DNA of 32,000 nucleotides from Stenotrophomonas humi (GTDB lineage Bacteria; Pseudomonadota; Gammaproteobacteria; Xanthomonadales; Xanthomonadaceae): NCBI RefSeq assembly GCF_001431415.1, contig NZ_LDJI01000015.1, positions 28,618 to 60,617 of the forward strand, read 5' to 3'. Shown piece by piece: positions 30,197 to 32,000 of this stretch (position 1 is its first letter; each line of letters starts with the position of its first letter). The notes under the pieces were generated by a model. It saw only the letters and a program-made list of their open reading frames with translations, ran no database searches and was not told where the DNA came from. The position numbers and the translations under genes were made by a program.

Positions 30197-32000
30197 TCCT
30201 TTTTGGGTGGAGTGTGGACCGGGTTCTGCTGGAGCCAGGTCTCGACAAAATAGCGATAGTCCGCGGGGACATGGGTCTTCAGATTCCAACCGCCCGGCGT
30301 CATCGATTCTTCGGGCGCGACCTCGTCGCAGATTAGTGGATCCTGGCTGTCGGGACGACGATCGCGGGGTGGCGCCTGGATCATGGTGCGCATCGGTAAT
30401 CGAACCGCTTCACCTAAGATGATCGCCTCACCGGTGCGCAGCACTGGCAGCATACTTGTCAGGCCCTCAAGATTGTCCGAGAGCGCGCTGGTCACATGCG
30501 AGCGATCGGTGGAATTGCTCAACCGCATCGCGAAGAAGGTCCCGCACTGCGACAGGATCGTCGGGTTGATCTCAGCCGGGCGTTGGCTGACGATCATCGC
30601 GCCAATCCCATATTTGCGACCTTCCTTGACGATACGCTGCGTCGCGATCGAGGCTGCGCTGCTCCCATCGCCGCCAAGATAGCTGTGCGCTTCCTCCATA
30701 ACGACGAGCAGCGGACGCTCGCGGCCACCTTCCGATAGGTTCCGGGCCCAAAAGAGGCCGTCGTAGAGAACGCGCAGGATATTGCCGATTATGTCGTTCG
30801 TCACGGTCGAGGGGATGCCCGACAGGTCGAGGATAGTAATCGGCTTGTCGCTGCCGAGCCATTGGCCGACCAGGTCGGCGAGCGTCTTAGTCGTTTTCCC
30901 GTCGAGCTCGGGATGCCAGTCACCTGCCTTCAGCAAGAAATTGTAACGGGCGACGCGAAGCCGGGCACCGAGTGCCTCGAGCGCCCCTCTTATGTTAATG
31001 CCGTCAGGGAGATAATTGATCTTCTCCTTGTCCGCCCCGATATTCTTGACCTTGCGGAAACGAGGCGGGATGCCCGCTTGGGCGTCACCCACCAACTTCG
31101 CTTGTGAAGCGTCGAGCTCATAGGCCCAGTTGGCCGGGTTGAGGGGGGTCGCATTGTCGGCACTGAAATAGGTGCCAAAATCTCGACAATACAACTCATA
31201 CCAGAGCTTGTTGAGTGAGAAAGGAACCGGGCTGTCAGCGGTAATGCTGGCCGGATCAACGCCCTCGATGGGTTGCGCGACCAAACTCGCGATCTTGGCT
31301 TCCAGAACCTGTTCAAGAATAATGTTGCGTGCCTTGCCGTCCTGCGGAAGGCTTCCGAGCGTCACCCGCATGAGCTCATCGAAGCTCAGCGCCCAGAAGG
31401 GAATGCACAACTGATGCTCATTGGCGTTGCGAGCATCCGGACTGATCTTGAAGATATTCGCTCGATCGCCGAGTGCCTTGCCATACTCGCCGTGGAGATC
31501 GAGCACAACGATCCGCGCTGACGGAAAGCGGCTTTCGTCTGACAAGACATTCAAGAGCCCCGCGACCGTCGTCGACTTGCCCGAACCGGTTGTCCCGACC
31601 ACGGCGCTGTGACGGGTCACCAGCTTGTTGACGTCGACCAGCGCATCAATCGACTCGCTGCCCGCGACGTAACCGACGCGGACGAGGTGGTTCTGCTTAT
31701 CCGACCGGCCATAGATCGCCTGAAGATCGGCTTCGGAAACGAGATGGACCTCGTCCTCGAAGGTTGGATACTGCGAGATACCGCGCTGAAACCGGCCCGT
31801 CCGATAGCCCTCGCCGATCAGTTGGACCGTCATCCAGCGTAGGCCATTGGGCATCGAAAGTGCGGCCTTCTCAGGAACCGCGCTCGCCCCGACCTGCGAC
31901 ACGATCCCATAGAGGTCGACATAACCAATCGGGATTTTAACGAAGCTGCCGATCTGGCCGATCTTGTGGCCCTGGCCGTGGACAAAGCTCAGGCCCGAGA
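30193..32000 (-). CDS. HerA-family (DUF87/FtsK-like) ATPase, 5' end beyond the window
   Basis: Walker A VVGTTGSGKST, Walker B LLVVMEEAHSYL and IVSQRPAEI are present. The track start at 31902 is an internal GTG. The frame stays open to 32000 (..SGLSFVHGQGHKIGQIGSFVKIPIGYVDLYGIV SQVG..), which looks like the HerA N-terminal barrel. Confidence 0.8.
   Translation of the reverse strand, partial: SGLSFVHGQGHKIGQIGSFVKIPIGYVDLYGIVSQVGASAVPEKAALSMPNGLRWMTVQLIGEGYRTGRFQRGISQYPTFEDEVHLVSEADLQAIYGRSDKQNHLVRVGYVAGSESIDALVDVNKLVTRHSAVVGTTGSGKSTTVAGLLNVLSDESRFPSARIVVLDLHGEYGKALGDRANIFKISPDARNANEHQLCIPFWALSFDELMRVTLGSLPQDGKARNIILEQVLEAKIASLVAQPIEGVDPASITADSPVPFSLNKLWYELYCRDFGTYFSADNATPLNPANWAYELDASQAKLVGDAQAGIPPRFRKVKNIGADKEKINYLPDGINIRGALEALGARLRVARYNFLLKAGDWHPELDGKTTKTLADLVGQWLGSDKPITILDLSGIPSTVTNDIIGNILRVLYDGLFWARNLSEGGRERPLLVVMEEAHSYLGGDGSSAASIATQRIVKEGRKYGIGAMIVSQRPAEINPTILSQCGTFFAMRLSNSTDRSHVTSALSDNLEGLTSMLPVLRTGEAIILGEAVRLPMRTMIQAPPRDRRPDSQDPLICDEVAPEESMTPGGWNLKTHVPADYRYFVETWLQQNPVHTPPKKE

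Noticed and set aside
1-32000. Search for CRISPR arrays, tRNA/rRNA genes and IS transposases
   Set aside because: No regularly spaced short direct repeats were seen. No conserved tRNA or rRNA sequence was seen. No DDE or transposase-like translation was seen. The only recombinase is the Cre-like tyrosine recombinase, and the phages appear to rely on host XerCD.

Overview
High-GC gammaproteobacterial chromosome segment. It looks Xanthomonadaceae-like (Stenotrophomonas/Xanthomonas type), judging from GTAG-type GC-rich palindromes and a TTCGCATAATGTATA dif core; this taxonomic call is inference.

(1) 1-9.7 kb is ordinary core chromosome. It holds a desaturase 5' end, an exported protein, an ECF sigma/ChrR anti-sigma pair, a Rossmann-fold oxidoreductase, TspO, a sensor histidine kinase, an orphan HicB-like gene, a BenE transporter and a divergent MocR/GntR regulator.

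(2) About 9.72-26.8 kb is an array of filamentous (inovirus-type) prophages at the chromosomal dif (XerC/XerD) site.
- A 1.1-kb remnant (zot 3' end, secreted protein, DUF3653) is fused to a truncated substrate-binding-protein gene.
- Prophage A (10821-18359) has its genes on the + strand.
- Prophage B (18332-26804) has its genes on the - strand.
- Three direct dif-like 28-mers (10821, 18332, 26777) delimit them.
- A and B share a replication module that is about 90% identical, present as inverted repeats bracketing dif. They differ in structural genes, repressors/operators and cargo.

(3) 26.8-32.0 kb is a separate, partly lower-GC island. It holds decayed KfrA-like coiled-coil genes, a Cre-like tyrosine recombinase preceded by a lox-like 15-7-15 inverted repeat, and a tightly coupled minus-strand operon. 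That operon is a HerA-family ATPase (5' end outside the window), a KTSC-domain protein and a PD-(D/E)xK nuclease-like protein. I consider this operon the best candidate for an uncharacterised defence system.

No tRNA, rRNA, CRISPR array or IS transposase was recognised. All similarity statements come from reading the translations; no database search was run.
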